From the NCBI GenBank assembly GCA_965219955.1, contig OZ244799.1, positions 3,232,001 through 3,296,000 on the forward strand: a stretch of DNA of 64,000 nt, given 5' to 3'. Positions 35,936 through 45,982 of this stretch are shown one piece after another. The notes beneath the pieces are model-generated. The model searched no databases and had not been told where the DNA came from. It saw nothing but the letters and a program-made list of their open reading frames with translations. This DNA comes from a bacterium (GTDB lineage Bacteria > UBA8248). Every line of letters begins with the position of its first letter. The stretch's first letter is position 1. A program made the translations under genes and the position numbers.

Positions 35936-37519
35936 ATGAGCCCAGAGAACGAACAAGCCATACATCCGGGGGCGAACATCGCCTGGGCGGCGAAGAGATA
36001 CGGGCCGCGCGAGGCGGTGGTGGACGGCGAACGCCGCCTGCGCTTCACCGACGTCTACGAGCGCAGCAAGCGGGTGGCGAACGCTCTCATCGCAGGCGGC
36101 CTCGAGCCGGACGACCGCGTCGCCAAACTCATGCGCAACCGCGCCGAGATCATCGAGATCAACTTCGGCGTGGCGATGGCGGGCGGCGCTTCGCTCAATC
36201 TCCACGGACGCAACGTCTTGAAAGAACACGTCCACATGCTGAACGACTCCGAATCCGCGTTCCTCATCCTGGACGAGGCCCACAAGGAATACGCAGAAGG
36301 GATCAATAACGAATGTCCTCATCTGCGCGGCATCATCGCCGTGGGGTGGGAGGGCGCAGGCGTTACGCCATACGAGGAGTGGCTGCAAAAAAGCTCAAGC
36401 CGAGAACCCGGCGTCGTCCTCGGGCCGGATTCCCTGTTCCATCTTCACTACACCTCGGGCACGACCGGAATCCCTAAGGCGGTCGTCAACACGCACCGAA
36501 CACACGTCGCGTGGCTGGCGAAGTTTTTCAGAAACCTCGACTACCGGATGGGCGCGCAAGATTCCATGCTCCACGCGGGCCCCATGACCCATGCGTCATT
36601 CAACTTCATCGAACCCACGTTCTTAAGAGGCGCGCGGAGCGTCATCATGTCCGGCTTCGAGCCGGAGTTGTTTCTCGAAATAGCGGAAAAAGAGAGGACC
36701 ACGACCACCTACCTCGTCTCCACGATGGTGCAGCGGCTCATCGAATGCGGAAAGCTCCCGAACGCCGACCTCTCGAGCCTGCACACGATCACCTACGGCG
36801 CCGCCCCCATATCGGAGGAGAACTTAAGGCACGCCATCGATCAGGTCGGCCCCATCTTCCGGCAAACCTACGGGCTGACCGAAGCGCGCCAGCCCATCGC
36901 GATTCTCGATCCCTGGGATCACATGGTCGATGGAACGCCTGAGCAGCGTGCGCGCCTCGCCTCGTGCGGGAGGGTCGCGGCGGGCGTGGAACTCGAACTC
37001 CTGGACGATGACGAACGCCCCGTCGAGGCGGGTGAGATGGGAGAGATATGCGTCCGCGGGGACTACGCCATGGCGAGCTACTGGAGAAACCCGGAGGCCA
37101 CGGCGGAGACCATGCGAAACGGCTGGGTGCACACCGGAGACCTCGCGGTGGCGGACGAGGAGGGGTATCTCTACATCGTCGACCGCAAGAAGGAGATGAT
37201 CATCACGGGTGGGTTCAACGTCTATCCCTCCGAAGTCGAGCGCGCCCTGTGCCGCCACCCCGCCGTTCTGGAAGCGCTGGTGATAGGCGTGCCCGACGAG
37301 CGGTGGGGAGAGGCGGTCAAGGCGATGGTGGTGCTGCGCCCGGGGGAATCGCCCGAGCCTTCGGACATCATCGACTTCACGCAGCAGGAAATCGCGGGCT
37401 ACAAGAAGCCGAAACAAGTCGAGTTTCTGGGCGAAATTCCAAAGAACGCGCAGGGGAAAGTCCTGAGGCGCGAGATTCGCGAAAAACACTGGGCCGGAAG
37501 AACGCGGCGGGTGAACTAG
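35936..37519 (+). CDS. Acyl-CoA synthetase (AMP-forming)
   Basis: YTSGTTGIPK, YGLTE, HTGD, DRKKEMIITGGFNVYP. Confidence 0.93.
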   Translation: MSPENEQAIHPGANIAWAAKRYGPREAVVDGERRLRFTDVYERSKRVANALIAGGLEPDDRVAKLMRNRAEIIEINFGVAMAGGASLNLHGRNVLKEHVHMLNDSESAFLILDEAHKEYAEGINNECPHLRGIIAVGWEGAGVTPYEEWLQKSSSREPGVVLGPDSLFHLHYTSGTTGIPKAVVNTHRTHVAWLAKFFRNLDYRMGAQDSMLHAGPMTHASFNFIEPTFLRGARSVIMSGFEPELFLEIAEKERTTTTYLVSTMVQRLIECGKLPNADLSSLHTITYGAAPISEENLRHAIDQVGPIFRQTYGLTEARQPIAILDPWDHMVDGTPEQRARLASCGRVAAGVELELLDDDERPVEAGEMGEICVRGDYAMASYWRNPEATAETMRNGWVHTGDLAVADEEGYLYIVDRKKEMIITGGFNVYPSEVERALCRHPAVLEALVIGVPDERWGEAVKAMVVLRPGESPEPSDIIDFTQQEIAGYKKPKQVEFLGEIPKNAQGKVLRREIREKHWAGRTRRVN

Positions 37520-37581
37520 AGGCCGGCCGCTTTCATCGTCGATTCAACGGAACGACCCTTATCAAAACAGGAGAGACGCCA

Positions 37582-38364
37582 ATGGACCTGACGCAAGAGT
37601 TCGGACTCAAGACCGTGAAATACCGCAAGGAAAACAAGATCGCCTACGTCACCCTGAACCGGCCCGACAAGCTGAACCCCCTGAGCTTCGCCACGGTGAC
37701 GGAACTCCTCCAGTGCTGGGAGGACGTGAACGACGACAAGGAGGTGTGGGTGGCGATACTCGCAGGCGAGGGGAAATCGTTTTGTTCAGGCTGGGATCAG
37801 AACCTCGAAGAAGATGAGCTCAAGATGGGCGCAGTCCGCCCCAAGGGGGTTCTCTACTGCGACCTCGACTGGATCAAGAAGCCCATCATCTGCGCGGCGC
37901 AGGGCTACGCCATCGGCGGGGGGATGAGCCTGTTCCTCGGCGCTGACGTCCGCGTCGTCTCCGAAGACGCCATGGTCGGATATTCACAGCCCAAGATCGG
38001 CATCATCAGCATCGGCGGGGCCATGCGCCTGCCCGCGGCGATTCCCGGCCTCGCCAGGTGGTACATGTTCTCGGGCGAACTCATCGACGCGGAAGAAGCC
38101 TACCGCCTGGGCCTCGTGGTGAAAATCGCCAAGAACGGGGAACTCCTCGACACCGCGACCGCCATGGCCGAGCAGATCATCGAGTGCTCGCCCATGACGG
38201 TGCAGCACACCAAGGAGGAGATCGCCGTGGCCGCCAACGTGTCGATGTATGAGGGCTATCGCCTGTGCCGGCCCATCATGAACCGCTTCTACAAGACCGA
38301 AGACTACCGCGAGGGCAAGAACGCGTTCATGGAGAAACGAAAGCCCGTCTGGAAGAACTGCTGA
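37582..38364 (+). CDS. Crotonase/enoyl-CoA hydratase family protein
   Basis: TLNRPDKLN, FCSGWD, GYAIGGG, EGKNAF.EKRKP; AGGAG RBS. Confidence 0.9.
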   Translation: MDLTQEFGLKTVKYRKENKIAYVTLNRPDKLNPLSFATVTELLQCWEDVNDDKEVWVAILAGEGKSFCSGWDQNLEEDELKMGAVRPKGVLYCDLDWIKKPIICAAQGYAIGGGMSLFLGADVRVVSEDAMVGYSQPKIGIISIGGAMRLPAAIPGLARWYMFSGELIDAEEAYRLGLVVKIAKNGELLDTATAMAEQIIECSPMTVQHTKEEIAVAANVSMYEGYRLCRPIMNRFYKTEDYREGKNAFMEKRKPVWKNC

Positions 38365-38473
38365 GCAAGGGCCGACGATAAACCGGAAGATTCGCAAGTC
38401 CGCCTCCAGGAGTTGCGGGATAGACCGGTATGGAGGATAAGCCTTACCGGTCATCCAGAACCCGGGAGCGCGC

Positions 38474-39667
38474 ATGGTTTCTTCCAGGAAAGAAGGGGAG
38501 TTCGGCATCCGTGAGGGGTGGCTGATCATCCTCACGTGTTTCATCACCATATTCATCGCCTACACCACGGCCTTCATCCTGGGGCCCATGCTGGACGTCA
38601 TGGGCCGCGACATGGACCTCTCCCTGACGGCCATGGGGCAGCTCGCGGCCATCACCTTCATCCCCTGGGGGATAGGCGCACCCCTGCTGGCGCCCGTATC
38701 GGATCGCTACGGCCGAAAGCCGGTTCTCATCATCGGTGTAGTGGGTCTGTCCCTCTCCAACATCGCCACTTCGTTCGCGGACGGGTATCTCGCGGTGGCG
38801 GTCTGCCGCTTCATCGCGGGACTGAGCGGCGCACTCGTGCCGCCCACGGGGGTGGCGGTGATCGGCGACAACTTCACGGGCCGCGCGCGCGGACTCGCCA
38901 TCGGTTTCGCGACGGCGGGCGTGGCGATGGGCCTGCTCGTCGGTGTCCCGGGCATCGCGTTTCTGACGGATCACCTCGGCTGGCGCAACGCTCTCTGGAT
39001 GGCGGGTCTTTTCGGCATGGCGTTCTGCTTCTTCATGCTCCGCTCGCTTCCCTCCCGGAAGCTGAGCGACGCGCCTCCCTCCTTTCTGGCCAGCTTCGCG
39101 TGGATGCGCCAGGGCGCCACCTGGCTCCTGCTCAGCGGCAACGTCAGCGAGCGGCTCATGACTTCCACTTTTCTCACCTATGTATCCGTATTTCTGATGC
39201 GCACCTTCGACGTTTCCCTTTCCACCGCCGGGAGCCTGATCACGGCGATGTCCGTGGGCGCGCTCATCGGCGGACTCCTGGGCGGAGCGCTCGCCGGCGT
39301 GAGGCGGCGCTTCCTCATCATCACCGCCCTGGTTCTGCTCCAGGGAGAACTCCTGGCGTTTCATTTCTCGGGATTGGGATTTCTCACGCTTGCGATTGCG
39401 GCGGGCTTTCTCTTCTCGTTCTTCAGCCACCTGAGCCGTCCCGCCGTGATGGATGACCTGATATCGCTCGCCCCGCAGGCGCGCGGCGCCATCATCGGCT
39501 TCTATTCGACGAGCAACCAGGTGGGTCTCTTCCTGGGAGCCTCCCTGGGCGGATTCGCCATCCAGTGGGGCGGCTTCGAGGCGCTCGGCTGGCTCGTCCT
39601 GGGCGCGGCGATCCTCGGCGGGTGCTCCTACGCCGCGAGCGCATGGAAGTTTCGAAAAAAGGACTAA
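38474..39667 (+). CDS. MFS transporter
   Basis: About 12 TM segments; SDRYGRK motif A. Confidence 0.9.
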   Translation: MVSSRKEGEFGIREGWLIILTCFITIFIAYTTAFILGPMLDVMGRDMDLSLTAMGQLAAITFIPWGIGAPLLAPVSDRYGRKPVLIIGVVGLSLSNIATSFADGYLAVAVCRFIAGLSGALVPPTGVAVIGDNFTGRARGLAIGFATAGVAMGLLVGVPGIAFLTDHLGWRNALWMAGLFGMAFCFFMLRSLPSRKLSDAPPSFLASFAWMRQGATWLLLSGNVSERLMTSTFLTYVSVFLMRTFDVSLSTAGSLITAMSVGALIGGLLGGALAGVRRRFLIITALVLLQGELLAFHFSGLGFLTLAIAAGFLFSFFSHLSRPAVMDDLISLAPQARGAIIGFYSTSNQVGLFLGASLGGFAIQWGGFEALGWLVLGAAILGGCSYAASAWKFRKKD

Positions 39668-39707
39668 GCTCTCCTTCACGCGATTGACCGCAGCACAAGA
39701 AAATTAT

Positions 39708-39808
39708 TATACGTTATTGCGTATATATATTATTTATACTTTATAGAGTATAAAAATAAAATATACGATTAAACGTATATTGACATTTTATACGTTTCAA
39801 CGTATATT
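39708..39808 (+). promoter_or_regulatory. hipBA promoter with four TATAC-N8-GTATA operators
   Basis: Palindromes start at 39708, 39735, 39762 and 39789 (27-bp period); TTGACA(39780)-N17-TATATT(39803). Confidence 0.88.
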
Positions 39809-39829
39809 ATTCTCGAGGAGGAATAGGAG

Positions 39830-40084
39830 ATGAATGAGCTTGTTACCCGGTCGGAAAAACAATTGGGAGCAGCACTGCGCCGGGTCCGTAAACAGCGGGG
39901 TTTCACCCAGGCCGGACTCGGTGAAAAAATCCACATGCGCCAGGCCACCATCTCCAAGCTGGAGAGCGGTTCATCGGCAAGCCGGCTCCACACCCTGATG
40001 GCCTCCCTCGCCGCGCTGGACCTGGAACTGGTCGTGCGCCCGCGCAGCCGAAGCACAGGTGATGAGGTCGAGGTGCTGTTCTGA
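39830..40084 (+). CDS. hipB: HipB-type HTH antitoxin
   Basis: QLGAALRRVRK..GFTQ..L....RQATISKLE, LDLELVVRPR; upstream of hipA. Confidence 0.9.
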   Translation: MNELVTRSEKQLGAALRRVRKQRGFTQAGLGEKIHMRQATISKLESGSSASRLHTLMASLAALDLELVVRPRSRSTGDEVEVLF

Positions 40085-40122
40085 CAGCCAGACGACGCAC
40101 TCACATACCGCTGGCCGTCTAT

Positions 40123-41400
40123 ATGAACAGCCGCCTCGTCGGGCGGTTGCGCAAGGCGGCGAGCGGGGCTATCGACTTTCGCTACGATGAGAGTTGGCTC
40201 ACCTGGGAACACGGATTTCCGGTTTCTCTCTCCATGCCGCTGCGTGAAGACCTCTATGTCGGCGACCCGGTCGTTGCTGTCTTCGACAATCTGCTCCCGG
40301 ACAATCCCGACTTCCGAGACAAAATGGCGGCACGGACTCAAGCCGATGGGTCGGATACCTTCAGTCTGTTAAGCGCGGTCGGCCGAGACTGCGTCGGCGC
40401 CATGCAGTTTCTCCCGGAAGGAGAAGAGCCCGGCCCGGCAGGCTCCGTGCAGGGACGCGCCGTGAGCGAGAATGAAATCGCAGGGATTCTCGCCAATCTG
40501 ACAAACAACCCGCTCGGCATCGGTGCGCAGGAGGAATTCCGTATTTCGCTCGCCGGCGCACAGGAAAAGACCGCCCTCCTGTATTGCAAAGGTGAGTGGC
40601 ACCTCCCGCATGGCACGACGGCGACGACCCATATTCTCAAACCAGAAATAGGGTGGCGCAACGGTGTCGACCTCTCTCTTTCCGTCGAGAACGAGCATCT
40701 TTGCATGCGGCTTATCTCCATACTGGGCCTGCCTGTAGCCGGCACCCGTATGGAGAAATTCGGCGAGATAAAGGTGTTGGTCGTGGAGCGTTTCGACCGG
40801 CTTTGGGCGAAAGACGGGCGCCTCCTGCGCCTGCCGCAGGAAGACTGCTGCCAGGCGCTTTCTATACTGTCGGCTAGCAAATACGAGAGCGAAGGCGGGC
40901 CTGGGCTTCCCGATCTGCTCGAGTTGTTCATGAGCAGCGACGAACCGGCGCATGATCGCAAGTTGATCATGAAAGCGGTCGTTGCCTTCTGGCTTCTCTC
41001 CGCCACGGACGGACACGCCAAGAACTTCAGCCTGTTCCTTCACCCGCATGGCGGGTTTTCGCTGACGCCGCTCTATGACGTGATGTCGACTCAGCCGAAT
41101 CTCGACGAGCACCAACTCCGGCAACGCGACATGAAGATGGCCATGGCAGTCGGCAGGAACCGGCACTACCACATAAGTGAGATTATGCCGCGCCATTTTC
41201 TGCAAACGGCGGAATTCTGTGGCATGGGCGAAAGCATCGTCCGGGAGATATTCATGGAACTGTTGGAACATGGAGAGACGGCGATTTCGAGCGTGGAGAA
41301 CGATCTGCCGCCCGATTTCCCCGAACCGCTTTTTGAGAGCATTGCGGGAGGTTTCCACAGACGCCTTCTTCTGCTTGAATCCTGGACGGCTTCTCCATGA
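40123..41400 (+). CDS. hipA: HipA-family Ser/Thr kinase toxin
   Basis: FDNLLPD, GRDCVGA, ISLAGAQEK, THILKP, ERFDR, QEDCCQ, DGHAKNFS, PLYD. The true start may lie near 40081. Confidence 0.93.
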   Translation: MNSRLVGRLRKAASGAIDFRYDESWLTWEHGFPVSLSMPLREDLYVGDPVVAVFDNLLPDNPDFRDKMAARTQADGSDTFSLLSAVGRDCVGAMQFLPEGEEPGPAGSVQGRAVSENEIAGILANLTNNPLGIGAQEEFRISLAGAQEKTALLYCKGEWHLPHGTTATTHILKPEIGWRNGVDLSLSVENEHLCMRLISILGLPVAGTRMEKFGEIKVLVVERFDRLWAKDGRLLRLPQEDCCQALSILSASKYESEGGPGLPDLLELFMSSDEPAHDRKLIMKAVVAFWLLSATDGHAKNFSLFLHPHGGFSLTPLYDVMSTQPNLDEHQLRQRDMKMAMAVGRNRHYHISEIMPRHFLQTAEFCGMGESIVREIFMELLEHGETAISSVENDLPPDFPEPLFESIAGGFHRRLLLLESWTASP

Positions 41401-41428
41401 CTCCAAGCCCCGAAGCACAGAAACCGAA

Positions 41429-41830
41429 GGGGCTGTTGAAAAAGCCCTCGTCAATGGAAAAACCCCGATTAACGAGGATTTGACTCGTCCAATGAAAGAG
41501 CAAGATTCACTCCCCCCTTGAGGGGGAGTCGATGAAGCCGAGCGGTTTGTGCGAAGGCTGAATCGGTGGGGGGTGAATCGCGTTTTATCGCCATTCCGAA
41601 TTATACCCCCCACCGAATCGCTTGCGGGCTTACGCCCTTAGCTCTTCGACTCCCCCTCAAGGGGGGAGTGATTTGGCCCGACTCGCAAGGATTTTTTCAA
41701 CAGCCCCCGTAGGGGCGGTTCGCGAACCGCCCCTACAAAAGCAAAATCTCGAACGTAACGAACCAGAGACATCGTAGGGACAGGCCCCTGTGCCTGTCCA
41801 AGAGAAGGACAACCACGGGGGGTTGTCCCT
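41429..41830. repeat. MITE-like unit with perfect 15-bp inverted ends (41429-41707) followed by GTAG REP-like hairpins
   Basis: GGGGCTGTTGAAAAA / TTTTTCAACAGCCCC; internal CTCCCCCCTTGAGGGGGAG pair; then GTAGGGGCGGTTCGCGAACCGCCCCTAC and a GTAGGGACAGGC pair. Confidence 0.88.
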
Positions 41831-41878
41831 TCGGAGGGTCAATCCCAACCGAAGAAATGACGCCGAAACGCCGTTACC

Positions 41879-43543
41879 CTAATTCTTCACCGCGTCCTTG
41901 CGCCTCGGTTCGGGGAAGACGTCCTGATCGATGATCACGTCGACGACGGCGGGGCCTTCTTCCTTGAGGGCCTGCGCGTAGACGTCTTCCAGATCCTCGG
42001 GGTCTTCCACGCGGTAGCCCGCCGCGCCGAAGACGCGCGCGTATTCGTCGAACCTGGGGTTGCCGATGGCGTCGGCGATGTAGCGCCCCTCGTAGAAATG
42101 CTTCTGGTAGGCGCGCTCGGAGCCCAGGTTGAAATTGTTCAGGATGACGCAGACGGTCGGCAGGTTCTCGCGCATCGCGGTCTCGAGTTCCGCGCCGTTG
42201 CACAGGAACGCGCCGTCGCCGCTGATGGTGACGACCTTCTGACCCGGGCGCGCCAGCTTGGCTCCCAACCCCAGGGGGTAGCCGATGCCGATGGCCGCCA
42301 GATCCTGCGGCGCCACGAAACTTCTGGCTTGATCGAAGCGTTGGTATTCATACACGTAGCCTGCCGCGCTGCCCGCGTCGTTCGTGATGATGGTGTTCTC
42401 GGGCAGGACCCTGGCGAGGGCCATCTGCGCGCGCCTGGGGTCGATGGGCTTTCCGCCGTATTCCAGGGCGCGCTCGCGGTGTCTATCCTGCGCGTCGCGC
42501 ACCGCCTCGGCCTCCGCGCGCCACGCGGGGCGCGCCGTCTTCTCCCCCAGTTCGCCGAGAACGGCCCGGAGCGCCAGCCCCGCCTCCGCGTTCATCCCCA
42601 CCTCGGTGGCGAAGTTGCGGCCGATGTTGTGCGGGTCCACAGCCGCGTGAATGAGCCTGGCGCTTCCGAAGAAATCGGGGCGCAGGAACGTGGTCGAATG
42701 CGCGAGCCTGGTGCCGACGGCGAACACGACATCCGCCTTCTCGAACAGCGCGTGCGCCTCGGGCAGCGTTCCGCGCCCGATCGAACCCAGGAACAGGGGA
42801 TGCCCGTTGGGGACCACGTCGTCCCGGCCGGTGGAGGTCATGACGGGCGCGTCGAGCGCTTCGGCGAGCGCCAGCAGATCGTCGCTCGCCTCGTCCCAGA
42901 GCACGCCGCCGCCGCCGATGAGCAGGGGCCGCTCGGCGGAGGCGAGCAGCGCCGCCGCCCGCGCGACCGCCTCGGGGTCGGGAGCGAGCCGCGCACGCAC
43001 CTGATGAGCCGGAGCGCCGTTGTCCGAATACTCCGCCGTCTCGTTCAACACGTCGCGCGGCAGGTCGACGTGCACGGGGCCGGGCACGCCGGAGGTCGCC
43101 ACGTGACAGGCCTCGTTGATGACGTCGAAGGCGCGCTCGGGTTTTCTCACCTGCACCGACCATTTCACCATGGGGGCGAACATGGCGATCTGATCGAGTT
43201 CCTGGGTGGACTCGCGAAAGGTGTCCTTCATCATGGGAGCGCCGGTGATGACCAGCACCGGGCTCTGCGCCATCATCGAGTGCGCCACGCCGGTGACGAG
43301 GTTCGTGGCGCCCGGGCCGTTCGTCGCCATGCACACGCCCACCTCTCCCGTGAGCCGCGCGTAGGCGTCCGCCATGAGGGCGGCGCTTTGCTCGTGGCGC
43401 ACCGTGAGGAAGGAGATGTCCTCGCGCCCGTACATGCCGTCTAAAATCTCGATCATGCACGAACCCGCCATGCCGATGACGTGCTTCACCCCCAGTTTCG
43501 CGAGCGCATCCGCCACCGCGTGTCCAGCCGTCATGCTCACCAT
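41879..43543 (-). CDS. ThDP-dependent enzyme, sulfoacetaldehyde acetyltransferase (Xsc)-like
   Basis: VRHEQ, NGPGATN, SGDGAF...NN ThDP motif; C-terminal EPRRKDAVK resembles Xsc EPFRRDAMK. Confidence 0.8.
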   Translation of the reverse strand: MVSMTAGHAVADALAKLGVKHVIGMAGSCMIEILDGMYGREDISFLTVRHEQSAALMADAYARLTGEVGVCMATNGPGATNLVTGVAHSMMAQSPVLVITGAPMMKDTFRESTQELDQIAMFAPMVKWSVQVRKPERAFDVINEACHVATSGVPGPVHVDLPRDVLNETAEYSDNGAPAHQVRARLAPDPEAVARAAALLASAERPLLIGGGGVLWDEASDDLLALAEALDAPVMTSTGRDDVVPNGHPLFLGSIGRGTLPEAHALFEKADVVFAVGTRLAHSTTFLRPDFFGSARLIHAAVDPHNIGRNFATEVGMNAEAGLALRAVLGELGEKTARPAWRAEAEAVRDAQDRHRERALEYGGKPIDPRRAQMALARVLPENTIITNDAGSAAGYVYEYQRFDQARSFVAPQDLAAIGIGYPLGLGAKLARPGQKVVTISGDGAFLCNGAELETAMRENLPTVCVILNNFNLGSERAYQKHFYEGRYIADAIGNPRFDEYARVFGAAGYRVEDPEDLEDVYAQALKEEGPAVVDVIIDQDVFPEPRRKDAVKN

Positions 43544-43665
43544 CAATCCGGTCTCCTTGAAAGCAAAAAAAACAACCAGCAGGCGCGATCCGCCGCGCTT
43601 CATTTTTGGATGAATTCAGTCCGCAGAGATTAGGCCCGTGCGCGCGATTCGTCAAAGGCCTCGGG

Positions 43666-44394
43666 CTATCCGACGTTTCCTTTCGCGTGTATGGCGTTGG
43701 CGATGAGGTTCACCGCGTGATCCGCGTTCGCCTCGGGCCGGGCCGTCTCGGCGAAACGGTAGAAACTCTTGGTCGGCCTCAGCGAATCGCCGCCAAGCGC
43801 GCACAACTCCGCGCACAGGCGCTCGGCCTCTGAATCCAGATCGGCGTCCGGGACCACATGGTTCACCATGCCGATGCGCCTGCCCTCTTCGGCGTCGATC
43901 TCACGGCCCGTGATGACCATCTCGAAGCCGTGGCGACGGTCCAACTTTCTCGCCAGGTGGCTGATGACCACCGTGGGGGGAAACCCCTCCCTGATCTCGG
44001 GAAAGGCGATCCGCGCGGTACCGGAAGCCAGGACGATGTCCGCGCGGCTGATCAGCCCCGCCCCCGGCCCGTAGGCGCGGCCCCTCAAGGCCGCCACCGT
44101 CACGGCGGGAGAGAATTCCAGGGCGTCGTTCATCTTCACGATCCCCCGGAAGCGCTCTCTTATCACGTTCACCGGCGGGAGCCCTGCGCCGCCGCGCACG
44201 CTCTCCCTGCCCGCGCAAAAGTCCGCGCCCTCTCCGCTCAGCAGGATGACGTCGCACTCCTCGCCCGCCCGGAGCAGGGCTTCGGTGAGTTCTTCCATCA
44301 TCTCGAACGTGAGGCGGTTCGCCTCAGAGGCGCGCGCGAGCGTGACGCGGCCGAGCGTGTTTTCCTTCTCATACCGAACAGACGCCATTTTCAT
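43666..44394 (-). CDS. Enoyl-CoA hydratase/isomerase family protein
   Basis: DFCAG, AFPEIREG, TGREIDAEEG..IGMVN. Confidence 0.88.
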   Translation of the reverse strand: MKMASVRYEKENTLGRVTLARASEANRLTFEMMEELTEALLRAGEECDVILLSGEGADFCAGRESVRGGAGLPPVNVIRERFRGIVKMNDALEFSPAVTVAALRGRAYGPGAGLISRADIVLASGTARIAFPEIREGFPPTVVISHLARKLDRRHGFEMVITGREIDAEEGRRIGMVNHVVPDADLDSEAERLCAELCALGGDSLRPTKSFYRFAETARPEANADHAVNLIANAIHAKGNVG

Positions 44395-44594
44395 ACCCTC
44401 CCGTAACAGAAGCCGGATTCCGCAAACGCCCGGACATCTTCTGAAATATACCCGTTCGCCCTGAAATTGCAGGGATTATCGCCTGAAATCTTTCGAAAAG
44501 GAAAACGAAGAAGGGCTTGCAAAATTATTCGTAATTTGTTTGTATTAGAAATGTTTTATTTTCGTGAAATATATGCTGCGAGGGCCCGCTTGCC

Positions 44595-45968
44595 GTGAGC
44601 AACTTTCTTCAGGAGCAAACCGAGGCCGTCCATGAAGCCCGCGTTGAGAGCATCGCCACGGGCGGGGCGGGCGTCGCCCGCCTGGACAAGCGCGCCGTCT
44701 TCATCCCCAAGACGGCCCCCGGAGACATCGTCCGCTTCCGCGTCGCCAAAGAGAAGGGGAAACACCTGGTCGGCGAACTCGCGGAAATCATTCGCGCGGG
44801 TCCGGCGCGAACCGCGCCCCCGTGCGCCCACTGGAACGACTGCGGGGGATGCGCCCTACAGCATATCGATCCCACGGCTCAGGCGGAAGCCAAGAAACGA
44901 ATCTTTCTCGACACCCTGGCCCGCATCGGGAAAATCATTCCGGTCTTTCCCGTGTACACCATCGCGCTCCCCGAAAACGAAAAGCGCTACCGCTTGCGCG
45001 CGCGGTTTCATATACGGGGTTCGGAGATCGGCTTTTTCACCCCCGGGACGCAGCGCCCGGTCGAGATCGAGGACTGCCTGCTGGTGGAGCGGCCCATCGC
45101 CGACGCGCTCGGCCGGATCAGGCGCCTCCTCCAGTCGGAACCCAGGGCGGGGAGAGTCGAAGCCGTGGAAATGACCTCCCTCGGAGAAGAGGAGGGAGCG
45201 TCCGTGGGCCTTCATCTCCATGCGGCGGGGCGCCGGGAGCGCGGAAACTGCAGAATCGACCCCAGGACGCTGGGCGCCTGGAAGAAATTCGCCGAAGAAA
45301 ACCACTTTCTGCTGGCCACGGCAGGCAGGCGCGAGCCCGGGAAGCCGCCCCGCTGGCGGGCGTGGTACCGGCCCGATACGGAGCACCCGGATTTATGTCT
45401 GGGCGTATCGCCCGAATCCTTCATTCAGCCGAACCGCGCGCTCAACAGGCTGCTGGTGAAAAGCGTGGTCGAAGAGTGCCGGTTGAACGATGAGGCCCTC
45501 GTTCTGGACCTCTATTGCGGGGCGGGGAATTTCTCCTTCCCGCTGGCGCTCAGGGCGGGGCGCGTTCTGGGGGTCGAGGAAAACCCCCACGCCGTGGCCG
45601 ACGCGGAACTCAACCGAGAGGAGAACGGCGTCGGCAACGCGGACTTTCTCCGCCGGGGCGCTCATAAGCTCACCGAAGAGGAGGTCGTCTCGAAACTCGG
45701 AGGCCAAAAGCCCGGCGTCGTCGTGCTCGACCCGCCCCGAAAGGGCGCGCTCGAAGCGATGCCCCTGATTGCGGCGCTTGCGCCCGAGCAAGTCGTCTAC
45801 GTCTCCTGCAATCCGGCCACCTTCGCGCGCGACGCCCGTGAACTCGCGGCGAGCGGCTATCACGCCCGGGCCGCTTACGTGTTCGACATGTTCCCCCATA
45901 CAGCTCATCTGGAGATTCTTACATCGTGGACCCGGAAAGACCCTTCCGGTCCGACCCAACGATCCTGA
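44595..45968 (+). CDS. rlmD: 23S rRNA (uracil-5)-methyltransferase, RlmD/TrmA family
   Basis: TRAM domain, C.HW..CGGC [4Fe-4S] motif, SFIQPN, DLYCGAG, DPPR.G, YVSCNP, DMFPHTAHLE. Confidence 0.9.
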   Translation: MSNFLQEQTEAVHEARVESIATGGAGVARLDKRAVFIPKTAPGDIVRFRVAKEKGKHLVGELAEIIRAGPARTAPPCAHWNDCGGCALQHIDPTAQAEAKKRIFLDTLARIGKIIPVFPVYTIALPENEKRYRLRARFHIRGSEIGFFTPGTQRPVEIEDCLLVERPIADALGRIRRLLQSEPRAGRVEAVEMTSLGEEEGASVGLHLHAAGRRERGNCRIDPRTLGAWKKFAEENHFLLATAGRREPGKPPRWRAWYRPDTEHPDLCLGVSPESFIQPNRALNRLLVKSVVEECRLNDEALVLDLYCGAGNFSFPLALRAGRVLGVEENPHAVADAELNREENGVGNADFLRRGAHKLTEEEVVSKLGGQKPGVVVLDPPRKGALEAMPLIAALAPEQVVYVSCNPATFARDARELAASGYHARAAYVFDMFPHTAHLEILTSWTRKDPSGPTQRS

Positions 45969-45982
45969 AAGGGAGGTCTCTC

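Noticed and set aside
37048-37581. N-terminal extension of the crotonase ORF
   Set aside because: It overlaps the CoA ligase in another frame; the real start is ATG 37582 with an AGGAG RBS.
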